Shown here piece by piece: positions 27,588 through 36,734 of a DNA stretch of 64,000 bases. The notes under the pieces were generated by a model. The model saw only the letters and a list, made by a program, of their open reading frames with translations, was not told the DNA's origin and did no database searches. The DNA comes from an uncultured virus (IMG/VR IMGVR_UViG_3300002175_000051) (lineage: Duplodnaviria > Heunggongvirae > Uroviricota > Caudoviricetes). Where the stretch lies: the IMG/VR virus record IMGVR_UViG_3300002175_000051; one strand, 5' to 3'. Each line of letters opens with the position of its first letter. Position 1 is the stretch's first letter. The position numbers and the translations under genes are program-made.

Positions 27588-30500
27588 TTACAGCAGGCTG
27601 ATAACCGTCGTTACGCGGCGCAATTCGTCATAAGTCTTGATGGCAAGCTGCACCTGGGCGTCCCTAAAATGCCTTGCGGTCGATTTAAACAGGATTTCAA
27701 AGTCGTATGACTCTTGTTCTATATCTTTCAATTCGTCGTTTATCATCGAGGTTATGGCGGTCTGATCCTCCGTGCTGATGCTGCGTCCGAGGAAAGGCTT
27801 GGCTACACGGCGTATCGCGGCTACGTTCTCGCGGATGGTTTTCATGACCGACAGCCTGTTATATTCGCTCCCCGGCGCCGCGGATGTCGGCCCGTCCCAT
27901 ACGATCATGAAGCCGTCCTCGTCCACTCCGAATGTAGTTATGCGGGATGAAAGTATCCGGTTGACCTGCGGGAGGTTAAACGAGAAATTCAGCGAGCTTA
28001 CGTTTGAAGGCAGCCTCCACCTGGTCCCCGATTCCCTATAGGGCATCGTGGCCTGCATGGCGGCGAGCATAACCGACTTGCTGCCCCTTATAAGGCCAGC
28101 GGTGGGGCTCATGACAATGGGGTTCGGCCCGGCGATTATCGTTATGAATTTGCCTACGTCTTGCGGCTGGTTCCGGTCGTTTTTCCATATTGCGCCGTTA
28201 GCCATGCGGATAAACCATTCGTTTTCAAAATTAAGCACATGGTCTACATAGTTATTCAGGCCCTGGTATGTCATATCCCTGGCGTCGCGCATCTCAATGA
28301 TGCCGTGCGTCATGACATTGTTTGTGGACGCCGTGGCGCAGAACATGCACAGCTCATAAGCAAAATTGTCAAAACGGCCTGGGAGCATGTCATCGGCAAA
28401 CACGCCAAGCGGCACAACAAAGTCGGCCCTTATGGCTTCAAGCTCATGGAATATGCCGCGGGTAATTAAAATGCCGTCCGCGTCCCTTTCCCCGGCAAAG
28501 AGCTTAAACAATTCCTGCCTGTTGTTCGTTATCCCGTCTTCGCCGCCGCTGAAATTAGTTTGAGCGGAAGCAAGGAGGCTTACGGAGTACACGGTTTCGC
28601 GGTTGGTCTGTGCCCGTAGGAACTGCCCAAGCGCGCCGTTGATGGCATTTACCATCTGACCCAGTGTCGGGAAGTTGATGGAGCTGAATATAAAGCGCGA
28701 CGCCTCATTCTGTTCGCGTTTTGATTCAGGTTTTGTAATAATAAGCTCTTTCGCGATAATATTGCCCACTATATCGAATACGTTGCGCACCTCGGCCATT
28801 GTTTCGTTATAAAGGTACCCTGCGCCTATTGTGGTAAGCCCGATCATAGGCGTGACGTTGGATATGCGTTCATGTTCAAACCTAACCTCAACGTCGGCGC
28901 CCTCGTTGATAAACGCCCTATGTACCTGGATCTGGTTTTGGTTGATTATGCGGAACGCCCCGGTATTTAATATCTGGTTCTTGTTCGCGTATAAAGTCAG
29001 CCTGCCGGGGATGGGGGCATATTCAAGCGTATAAACCTGCGTCCTGTCCCCAATGGTTAAAACAGGCGCGACTTCCCCGTCTTTTACGCCATTGGTAGTA
29101 AAGTAGCCTATGTCTAAATTCGGGATGCTGTTGAACCGTACCCTTACTGTTGTTTCGTCGCCAAGGGCATCGGCTGCGTCGGTTATATCAACATAGTGGA
29201 ATCCGCCTGGCTGGCCGGCGGCGCCGCTGTATTGGATGTCGAAAGATCCGATTACGACATCCGCCGTTGCGTATCCTTTGTCATGGAACAGGCGGGCCCG
29301 GCCGTCCGGGGTGCCGGTAGTACAGACTAACTTTACTATGACGCGCCCTGGGTATGTGGTTTTGTCGAGCGCTATGCCCGGCTGGTTATTTGTAGTAAGG
29401 GGTATATTTTCGGGGCGCGTAAAAATAATATCTTTACCGTAAATATCTATAGAATCCACGGGGATTACGACGCCTTTTTCCGAAACCATTTTAGGGACCA
29501 AAGCGGCGGTATAGCTGAACGGCACGAATGTAGAGGCTATGGACAGGGTATCGCGCCCATAGATTGTAATAGACTTCACCTCTATCGGGTCCTTTTCACC
29601 GGATGTTAGTATCTCGTCTATTATAAACGGCACTTCGGACAGGGTGGCCTTAAGCGTGCCATTGGCGAGCCGTACAAGGGGTACGTCCTTTTCTACTTTT
29701 GGGCTGTTCGTTAAATATGTGACCGTTATGAACGGTATCGTATTATAGCGGACGCTTACTATAGTCTCTTCATCAACCGTTACGGCCGACCCAAGGTTAG
29801 CGCTTTCTGCTACATCTGTAAGGTCGATAAAATAGAATGAGTTATTATCGTCAAATTCTATTGGGAATTTGCCAATTTCCGCGCCAGCGGTAAGATACGT
29901 CGAGTGATGCGTGACGGTAGCGACGCCGAAAGGCACGCCGCTTGCGGCTTCGATTATTACAATAATTCTCCCAGCGGATTTGGCAATCACAGGCAGGCTG
30001 ACTGGCTTGTCAATTATAGGTGCGTTGGGGTTATTGTTTACATCCTGCGGCAGCTTGATAATAGGGATTTGCAATCCGCGGCCGGTTACGGATATATCTT
30101 CTAACGGTATAATTTCGCCGGAGCCCATCTTTACTTCGGAAAGGCTTTGAATGGTATTGGCCGTTGTTACGGTTATATTTACGCTGTCTACCGTAAAGCT
30201 TAGGTCATTTTCCGTAACAGAAACGGATGTGCTATTCGGGTCGCTCCCGACAAGGTTGTTATATTGAAACCTGATTATTATATCTTCGCTATCGGAGAAC
30301 GCCGGGCCGTTAATGACCAGCAGGTCGTTGCCGGTCGTGGAGCCTTGAGGTATAAGGCGGTACCTGTCCCTTTGTATAATGCGTTGTATGCCTATCGTGT
30401 TATGCGTAGCGGTAATCTCGATACTCTCAAAATCAACGAAACGCTGCCCAAGGTCTACGCTGTACCCCTGCATGACCCCAAGGTATTGCTCATGGATTTC

Positions 30501-30869
30501 GTTTACCCTTTCAATGACCGTTTGCGCGCCTAATTCCATAGAGGCGGCGGCGCCGCCTATCCGCACGCCGATTATGCGCTCTACGCCCGCGTTTGCAAGC
30601 GTTTCGCCGGCAAAGCTTAACGTGGCGCCATTTAACTGCCCGTCCGGGCGGACAAACCCGCCAAAGACCCTTTCCATGCCGATAGACGAAACGTCTACAG
30701 GCGTGGCGATTGGGCCGTCTACAGCAGTGCCTATAATAAGGACCGACCTGTTCGTCAGATCTGTAACTAAGCCTTGCGTCATTGGCGTGAGGACGCCATT
30801 TTCAAAAATCATCTGCATTCCTGATAAATTTGGGTACTCGGGGATAGAGCTTGTCGGCATTTTTTTCAC
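27588..30869 (-). CDS. Contractile tail sheath protein with inserted beta-rich domains
   Basis: N-terminal VLIIGTAVDGP..P, FSGGEDG, and C-terminal YNRLSV..IRRVAKPFLG..ELRRVTTVISL. Confidence 0.85.
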   Translation of the reverse strand: MKKMPTSSIPEYPNLSGMQMIFENGVLTPMTQGLVTDLTNRSVLIIGTAVDGPIATPVDVSSIGMERVFGGFVRPDGQLNGATLSFAGETLANAGVERIIGVRIGGAAASMELGAQTVIERVNEIHEQYLGVMQGYSVDLGQRFVDFESIEITATHNTIGIQRIIQRDRYRLIPQGSTTGNDLLVINGPAFSDSEDIIIRFQYNNLVGSDPNSTSVSVTENDLSFTVDSVNITVTTANTIQSLSEVKMGSGEIIPLEDISVTGRGLQIPIIKLPQDVNNNPNAPIIDKPVSLPVIAKSAGRIIVIIEAASGVPFGVATVTHHSTYLTAGAEIGKFPIEFDDNNSFYFIDLTDVAESANLGSAVTVDEETIVSVRYNTIPFITVTYLTNSPKVEKDVPLVRLANGTLKATLSEVPFIIDEILTSGEKDPIEVKSITIYGRDTLSIASTFVPFSYTAALVPKMVSEKGVVIPVDSIDIYGKDIIFTRPENIPLTTNNQPGIALDKTTYPGRVIVKLVCTTGTPDGRARLFHDKGYATADVVIGSFDIQYSGAAGQPGGFHYVDITDAADALGDETTVRVRFNSIPNLDIGYFTTNGVKDGEVAPVLTIGDRTQVYTLEYAPIPGRLTLYANKNQILNTGAFRIINQNQIQVHRAFINEGADVEVRFEHERISNVTPMIGLTTIGAGYLYNETMAEVRNVFDIVGNIIAKELIITKPESKREQNEASRFIFSSINFPTLGQMVNAINGALGQFLRAQTNRETVYSVSLLASAQTNFSGGEDGITNNRQELFKLFAGERDADGILITRGIFHELEAIRADFVVPLGVFADDMLPGRFDNFAYELCMFCATASTNNVMTHGIIEMRDARDMTYQGLNNYVDHVLNFENEWFIRMANGAIWKNDRNQPQDVGKFITIIAGPNPIVMSPTAGLIRGSKSVMLAAMQATMPYRESGTRWRLPSNVSSLNFSFNLPQVNRILSSRITTFGVDEDGFMIVWDGPTSAAPGSEYNRLSVMKTIRENVAAIRRVAKPFLGRSISTEDQTAITSMINDELKDIEQESYDFEILFKSTARHFRDAQVQLAIKTYDELRRVTTVISLL

Positions 30870-30895
30870 TCCTTATTTTTTTGCTTCTGTGTTAT

Positions 30896-31711
30896 TTACT
30901 GGTTGGTAACGGTATTAATAGCCCTTAGCGTGCTTGCCCGCTCAAGGATTACCCGTTCAAGGGTAACTTGGTAGACAATGCAGCGCGAAGCCATTTGGGG
31001 GATTATGTCCTGGTACCGCCTTGCGTTTAGCGGGTCTATTTCCCCGGCAAATTTAATCTGTTGCACGCCGGATTTTTTTAAGCGGGCCTTTGACGACTCA
31101 ACTATCCCCTCGAATACTTTCATCAGCCCGCGGGCCTTAATCATGTCTTTGTGGAAAATATCAAAAATCATATCGTAGTCGAACCATTGCCTGAATACCC
31201 TGAACACGTCGCCTGTCTTTTTCCCGCCAACCACTTCTTCTATAACGTTAAAGAGCGTGGGCTTTGGCACATGGATATTTATTATCCTTGACGTATAGTC
31301 GTATACGATCTGCGGCAGCATTACTTCGGGCGGGTTCCCGGACGCCTCGGCCATTCCGGCGGGCGTTATGAAATCAGCGGTGAACCGCCCCCAGCCTACG
31401 CCCATTATGGTGTCCATTATTTCCCCAAGCTCGGCGGCCATAATGTCTATGTCGTCGATATTGGCGTCGGCGGTAAAAAAATGATCCTTCCCCTCAAATA
31501 TTTTTTTAATCGAATATGTATTTTCCATTTCCGGCCATGGGATGCCCGCATCATTGTTTTGCAGGATATTGTGGGTGAAATCCCTTTCAGCCGTTTGGGC
31601 TATCTCGCTCCTTGTTAGCTGGTTAAAAAAATCCTTGTCAGCTATGCTTTTGCTGTCAGCGCTTTCGCCAAAATAATCTTCAAAACTGCTAATAAAACCA
31701 CCGCCCGTCAA
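30896..31711 (-). CDS. Tail terminator/neck-like protein
   Basis: Position upstream of the sheath gene; RQWFDYDMIFDIF segment. Confidence 0.45.
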   Translation of the reverse strand: MTGGGFISSFEDYFGESADSKSIADKDFFNQLTRSEIAQTAERDFTHNILQNNDAGIPWPEMENTYSIKKIFEGKDHFFTADANIDDIDIMAAELGEIMDTIMGVGWGRFTADFITPAGMAEASGNPPEVMLPQIVYDYTSRIINIHVPKPTLFNVIEEVVGGKKTGDVFRVFRQWFDYDMIFDIFHKDMIKARGLMKVFEGIVESSKARLKKSGVQQIKFAGEIDPLNARRYQDIIPQMASRCIVYQVTLERVILERASTLRAINTVTNQ

Positions 31712-33234
31712 TTGATAGGGGCAGACGCTTTTGCCCTTATATAGTGCGTGTTGTCAAGCGTCCTGACGCCAAACGGGACAGTGACGCTGTGCCTTGTCAA
31801 ATTGATTGAAAATTCATATTCATTAAAAAAGATGTTTTGCATACTTTTGAAGATTTCCTCAATGCCCCTTGGAAGGGTATGCGAATCTATCACTTCTTTG
31901 ATATTTTTCCCCAAGTGTTTTTTAAGGAAGGTATTTACCCTTGTCGCGACGAGGAAGCAGATTTTATAATCGTCAAAATAAAAATAGCTGCTTTCCGGCG
32001 TTGTAAACGTAACATTGTTAAATAAGACAAAATCATTTAAGAAGCTGTACCTATATGTCGTTATGCCGTTTTCAAACATAAAAGCCAGCTCTTTGTCCGG
32101 GAAGTTGTCTAAATATTTCAAATGTTTCGGCAATTCGTAATTTGTAAGGCTCGCGGCAGGGGGTGCGACCCCTGCGAGGGGTGCGACCCCTGCGAGGGGT
32201 GCGACCCCTGCGACCGGAGCGTCCGGTGCGAGGGGCAGGGCGCTTTGCGAAACTATCAACAGCCCGCCGTACAGGACATAGAAGCTGTCTATCTTATTGG
32301 CGTATTGTACGTTCCCGTATACCGCCGACAATAAAAAGCTTGACCTCTCGATGTCTTTTATGTATAGGTTCGAGACTTTTTTAATGACCCCGTCATTCGA
32401 ATAATACTCATTAAACGACTGCGAGAACCCCATAATGGCCGTCGTCATGATCCCGACGTTAAGCTGCGCTAAGCAGAAGTCATGGATCTGCTTATAGAAC
32501 CTGTATGGCACGCCGTCTGAATCTACATATGTAAGGTAGTCTTTTTCGTTTGACAGGATCGCTTTTTTGACGCTCTCTTCAAAATCAGAAAATACGAACG
32601 ACGGGTGGTGGCTGTCCATGTAAGCCTCAAGGGGGATTAAATACTGTACCCTCATCCCTTCAAGGACGTTGTATGTTTGGCCCAGTTTTATAAACAATTC
32701 ATTTTTTGTAAGCGTAATTTGCGGGTCCGGGTCGGAAAAATAATAAGCCCCTTCGTTCAATTCAAAGCCGTCTTCCCATGCCATTACATAGGCGGGGTTT
32801 GACAGGTCGTTATTTATTTCTTCTATCAGATTTGCGCTATATATATAATATACTGCCGTAATACCGAGGCCCGGATACATGAAGGCCATGCTATCGTTTT
32901 TTATTTCAACGTAAGAGCCGGAAAGCCTGGCGTCGGTTGTTATGGCAGAGACAAAAAATTGCCCGTTGATGTTTACGCTGGCATATTCGCCGCTGCATTT
33001 GACCAGAAAAATATGCATGTTATAAATATCATTATTAAATGCCTCTTTTAATTCCAGCACCGCGTCTATCAGGGAGCCCTCTCCGCCAAATATGCCCTCG
33101 GCCCCTATTTCGTTTAATTCGATTGGCGTGTTTATAGGGCCCTTGTCGCTTGTCCCGATTAAAAATAAATTTTTTTCCGGGTCGATGTTAAAATGCTGGG
33201 GCGAGGTATACCTTGGTTTATAATTAAATTTCAC
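31708..33234 (-). CDS. Second sheath-like protein
   Basis: LFLIGTSDKGPINTP and LEGMRVQYLIPLEAYMD parallel IIGTAVDGPIATP and LEAIRADFVVPLGVFAD of the main sheath. Confidence 0.7.
   Translation of the reverse strand: MKFNYKPRYTSPQHFNIDPEKNLFLIGTSDKGPINTPIELNEIGAEGIFGGEGSLIDAVLELKEAFNNDIYNMHIFLVKCSGEYASVNINGQFFVSAITTDARLSGSYVEIKNDSMAFMYPGLGITAVYYIYSANLIEEINNDLSNPAYVMAWEDGFELNEGAYYFSDPDPQITLTKNELFIKLGQTYNVLEGMRVQYLIPLEAYMDSHHPSFVFSDFEESVKKAILSNEKDYLTYVDSDGVPYRFYKQIHDFCLAQLNVGIMTTAIMGFSQSFNEYYSNDGVIKKVSNLYIKDIERSSFLLSAVYGNVQYANKIDSFYVLYGGLLIVSQSALPLAPDAPVAGVAPLAGVAPLAGVAPPAASLTNYELPKHLKYLDNFPDKELAFMFENGITTYRYSFLNDFVLFNNVTFTTPESSYFYFDDYKICFLVATRVNTFLKKHLGKNIKEVIDSHTLPRGIEEIFKSMQNIFFNEYEFSINLTRHSVTVPFGVRTLDNTHYIRAKASAPIN
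32160..32213. repeat. 18-bp tandem repeat x3, in frame (encodes AGVAPL-type units)
   Basis: GGGGTGCGACCCCTGCGA x3; each unit contains the inverted repeat GGGGT-GCG-ACCCC. Confidence 0.9.
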
Positions 33235-33800
33235 AGCACGCCGCCCCTCAGGAAGAAATTGCGGTTATAGTATTTGAAGTTCCGGATAAATTTCTGCTGC
33301 GCGAGGCGCAGGTTCCTATTTTGCTTTTGGCATAAAACTAACAGGTAGTCTACCCTCCCGCCGCTGCCCCTTGTATAGATCGGGTTTTTGACGCTGTAAA
33401 TATTATGGAGCGATACCGGTATCTGATCGGTTTTTAAAGGCCGCTTGCTGATGACAATGTCTGCCCACCCGACTTCGTAAATTAAATCGTTTTTTTGGAC
33501 AGGGACAAAATAATCAAAATAAAAATCATTTATTTGGGAATTGTCTATACCCAGCGCGGTAAAATCAAAGATTGTTGGATCATGCTCGCATTTGAGCGTC
33601 TTTTGCTTATCCAGCTTTATTACCTTCCCGGTATTATTGCATAGCCTGCAAAAATTATCGGTATTGTTATAAAGCTGCTCTTTCCGGCCGTAGGCGCATG
33701 AACACGGGAATATGCTTGAGGACCGCTGGATTAAAAGATGGAAGCCGAAACTGTCAATCATGTCCGGGACTTCTTCCCTAAAGTCAATCGCTACATCCAT
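33231..33800 (-). CDS. Head closure/neck protein
   Basis: CSC...CRLC..TG motif, located in the neck module. Confidence 0.55.
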   Translation of the reverse strand: MDVAIDFREEVPDMIDSFGFHLLIQRSSSIFPCSCAYGRKEQLYNNTDNFCRLCNNTGKVIKLDKQKTLKCEHDPTIFDFTALGIDNSQINDFYFDYFVPVQKNDLIYEVGWADIVISKRPLKTDQIPVSLHNIYSVKNPIYTRGSGGRVDYLLVLCQKQNRNLRLAQQKFIRNFKYYNRNFFLRGGVL

Positions 33801-33801
33801 A

Positions 33802-34749
33802 TTAAGTCACTTCCTCCCAAGGCCGCGGCGTCAGGCGCGGATATGGGGTATCCCCGGCTTTCAGCGTCTCATGGGCTATAATCCTGGAGCCGAATATCTC
33901 TTTCTCTATTTCAAGCAGGCGCTTGCGCAGTTCGTCAAGCAGGTCTTTTAAATACGGAAGCTTTGTGCCCTTTGATACATTGACCGTGCCAATGCGCTTG
34001 CTTATATCCCCAAGGTTCGTGGCAATCCCGTAATAGACTGCCATAAGCAAATCAATGGCTGTTTTGAACCGCACCCACTGATGCATATTGGTAAACACAG
34101 TGCCCGTAGTGCTGCCGGCCGGCGTCAGGAAAGGCCTTGTCGTGGACGTTACCCTGCGGCCATATGAATAGTCTGTCTGATCCATCATTGCGGCGCCGCC
34201 TAGCTCGTCGCTGTTTAAAATATTCCACGACTCCAATGCCAGTATGCTGTTATGGTGGATCGTGTCGGCTATGGTTTCGTCGGTAACGCCGTCCAGGGCT
34301 ACGCCGGTGTCTTGCCGTATTTGCCTTACCGTTGCAAAAAAGGGGTCAAGCTCGGTTTTAAATTCTGTTTCAAACACTACGTCGTCGGAAAAAAAATTAA
34401 ACCGGTAAACAGAATTTTTTTCAAGCGGCGGGTCAAGATCCTGTTTAATTAGCGCACGCCCGGTATTGCCGATTATCCTGGATATTCTCCGTTCGTCTAT
34501 ATTAAAGTCCAAAATGATGGTTTCGGCGCCTCTTGCTATGTGTCTAAATATGATTTGATTTTGATTGAAACTTACCGTGTTTATATCAATCCCCTCGCCG
34601 GTGTCAAAAACGCCGGACAATAAATTGGGGGCTGTTTTAAAGACGTTCCGATAAGTATGCAGTTTGCTTGGGTCATCCTCGGACAATCGAGAGGACGATT
34701 GTCCTCGATTGCCCTCGGAGCCGCTGCCGGCCCTTACCCGCAATGGCAT
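33802..34749 (-). CDS. Head-tail connector-like protein
   Basis: FATVRQIR.D..ISKRIGTVNVS..LLDEL pattern and position; the true start is uncertain. Confidence 0.5.
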   Translation of the reverse strand: MPLRVRAGSGSEGNRGQSSSRLSEDDPSKLHTYRNVFKTAPNLLSGVFDTGEGIDINTVSFNQNQIIFRHIARGAETIILDFNIDERRISRIIGNTGRALIKQDLDPPLEKNSVYRFNFFSDDVVFETEFKTELDPFFATVRQIRQDTGVALDGVTDETIADTIHHNSILALESWNILNSDELGGAAMMDQTDYSYGRRVTSTTRPFLTPAGSTTGTVFTNMHQWVRFKTAIDLLMAVYYGIATNLGDISKRIGTVNVSKGTKLPYLKDLLDELRKRLLEIEKEIFGSRIIAHETLKAGDTPYPRLTPRPWEEVT

Positions 34750-34901
34750 GGGGCCGGGGCCGCGGACAAGCGGTATCTTGTCCAGGCCCTCTATGTCTAT
34801 GCCCTTGACCGGGACGAAAGATTCATCGGGCCTTATTTTAATGGTATGGGTTATTTCTATCAGGCCGATTGTAACCGCCCCCTTTAATTGACATTAAAAA
34901 A

Positions 34902-35114
34902 CTATTCTTTTTCATTCCTGGCTATTGCCGCATTGGCCCACATGACGCATTCCTCTAATTTTGTAAAGGCGATAGACCTCTCGCGGCTGTTGGGGCAAAA
35001 TTTATCTATTAATTCCGCCAGCTCCTTTGCCTGCATCCGCAGCAGGTTATAGCGCCGCGGCTGGTCCCCTATGGGCTTGTGGTACGTGAAATTATTTTCT
35101 ATTTGGCCGTTCAT
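34902..35114 (-). CDS. Acb2/Tad1-like helical hairpin protein (candidate cyclic-nucleotide sponge)
   Basis: FTYH..CPNSRERSIAFTKLEECVMWANAAIARNE resembles the Tad1 SRENACALTHVEEALMW segment (recalled, not aligned by software). Confidence 0.65.
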   Translation of the reverse strand: MNGQIENNFTYHKPIGDQPRRYNLLRMQAKELAELIDKFCPNSRERSIAFTKLEECVMWANAAIARNEKE

Positions 35115-35126
35115 AATAAGCCCCCT

Positions 35127-36125
35127 TTATTCGCCTTCTATAATCGGGTAGACAATTATATATGTAGAGTCTTCCGACGGCACATAGACGACGGTAAAAT
35201 CAAAATCTATTTCGATTATGCTTTCATCGTCGTTTCCAGGGAGGCGCGCAAAGACTATATCTATAATGCTGTCTGGGCCTACCCTGCCGTTCAGCTTTAA
35301 ATAAACCGCTTCGTTTATGCTTGCAAGGTACCCGCTGACGTTATTTTCCGTAACCTCGATAATACTGTTTTGGTTCAAATAATCCATTATCGCGGCGTCC
35401 CGGTATACAATGTCTTCTTTCGTTACAGGCACTATGTTTATTGGCTGAAAATAAAATGAATTGATTGTACTCCATACCCCGGGCACGGCCCGTACGCGCC
35501 AATAATACGTGCCCTCGTCCATTATGACCTCAGGCGTTATCTGGACCGTGTTTATTTCGGCTTCGGTTTCTTCATGCCGGATGGATCGCTCAAATGTAAT
35601 CTCATCAAAAGAAGGGGACATGGAAATCTGGATTATGTATTCATTGACAGGCTGCCGGATCCATTTGAATTCCGGCATCTGCTGAAGGATAGACCTGTCG
35701 CCCGGGAATACTAATTCGCTCCCGCGCTGTACCCCTTCCGTATTGGTATCAAAAAAAGAAAAATAAAATTCAGTTTGCGGGCTTTCAAAAACATCCACCA
35801 GCCCGTTTATTAAAAGCAGATATTTTGTATCGGTATCCAGGAAGCTGCGGGGCTCCATCGTGATTTCCATCCTGTTGCTTGAAAAGGTCAAGATGCATTC
35901 AATCCCCGGCGTCTTTTCAAATATGTCGTCAAAATGGTCCTCTACCAGATCCGGCGTAAAATTATTTGCAGTGACAAGTTTAACGGAAGGCTCTATGCTT
36001 GAAAGCTTAATGGGGCTGTTCGCCCGGATGGTTATTTTTGTATCGACAGCTACACCGTTTTGCGACGGATAAGGGCTTGTCTCAATAATCCTTAAATTCT
36101 TTTCTACGAAAGTTTGATTAACCAT
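35127..36125 (-). CDS. Ig-like plus Fn3-like virion protein
   Basis: IIETSP..NGVAVDTKITI..P.SFL..DTKY.L.INGL.D (SbsA-type Ig). FKW..YIIQIS..F..EGTYYWRVRA (Fn3-like). Confidence 0.7.
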   Translation of the reverse strand: MVNQTFVEKNLRIIETSPYPSQNGVAVDTKITIRANSPIKLSSIEPSVKLVTANNFTPDLVEDHFDDIFEKTPGIECILTFSSNRMEITMEPRSFLDTDTKYLLLINGLVDVFESPQTEFYFSFFDTNTEGVQRGSELVFPGDRSILQQMPEFKWIRQPVNEYIIQISMSPSFDEITFERSIRHEETEAEINTVQITPEVIMDEGTYYWRVRAVPGVWSTINSFYFQPINIVPVTKEDIVYRDAAIMDYLNQNSIIEVTENNVSGYLASINEAVYLKLNGRVGPDSIIDIVFARLPGNDDESIIEIDFDFTVVYVPSEDSTYIIVYPIIEGE

Positions 36126-36178
36126 GCGCCCCATCCTTTATTTATCGCTTCGGGGGATAATGCCCCAAAGCTAATAAT

Positions 36179-36640
36179 TTACTCTTCTTTGCTTGCCTTG
36201 ACAGGCCGGCTTTTTGCCTTCCTTGGCTCAGGCTGCCCGGCGTCGCTTTGCGGCCGCCTTGTCGGCGCGGCCGGTGCGGCCGGGTTTTCGGGCGGCTTTT
36301 CTATAACGGTCTGCTTTTGTCCGGGCGCCGGGCGGGATACCTGCATTTTAGGCTCAACTAGCGTGTCAGTGTTGGCATATGGCTTATTGTCTGGCGGCAT
36401 ATTTGAAGCCGGACGATTGCCCGCGGCTGTATTTCCAATCATTTCAACCTCCATGGTTTCCAGGTTCACCCTGAAATTTAAAGGCACAATGGTCCCGTTT
36501 TTAAGCGCGTTAAAAATGAAAGGGTTTAATTCCTTGATTGAGCCGTGCATTTTCCTTACAGTTAAATGAAGGCCGGAATTAGGTTCGAAATAAGCGTAGC
36601 AGCCTTGCTTTTTAGGGTTCAGCATCACGTTTAGCGGCAT
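36179..36640 (-). CDS. Small head-associated protein with Pro-rich tail
   Basis: AGGAGG ribosome binding site; directly after the capsid gene. Confidence 0.55.
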   Translation of the reverse strand: MPLNVMLNPKKQGCYAYFEPNSGLHLTVRKMHGSIKELNPFIFNALKNGTIVPLNFRVNLETMEVEMIGNTAAGNRPASNMPPDNKPYANTDTLVEPKMQVSRPAPGQKQTVIEKPPENPAAPAAPTRRPQSDAGQPEPRKAKSRPVKASKEE

Positions 36641-36680
36641 AATAAATAACCTCCTGTTTTATTTAAAAAGGTATCAATAA

Positions 36681-36711
36681 AGGGGAATATCTGCAAAAGC
36701 GATATTCCCCT
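36681..36711 (-). terminator. Hairpin/terminator after the major capsid gene
   Basis: AGGGGAATATC-N9-GATATTCCCCT. Confidence 0.65.
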
Positions 36712-36734
36712 TATGTATATACAAACAAATAATT

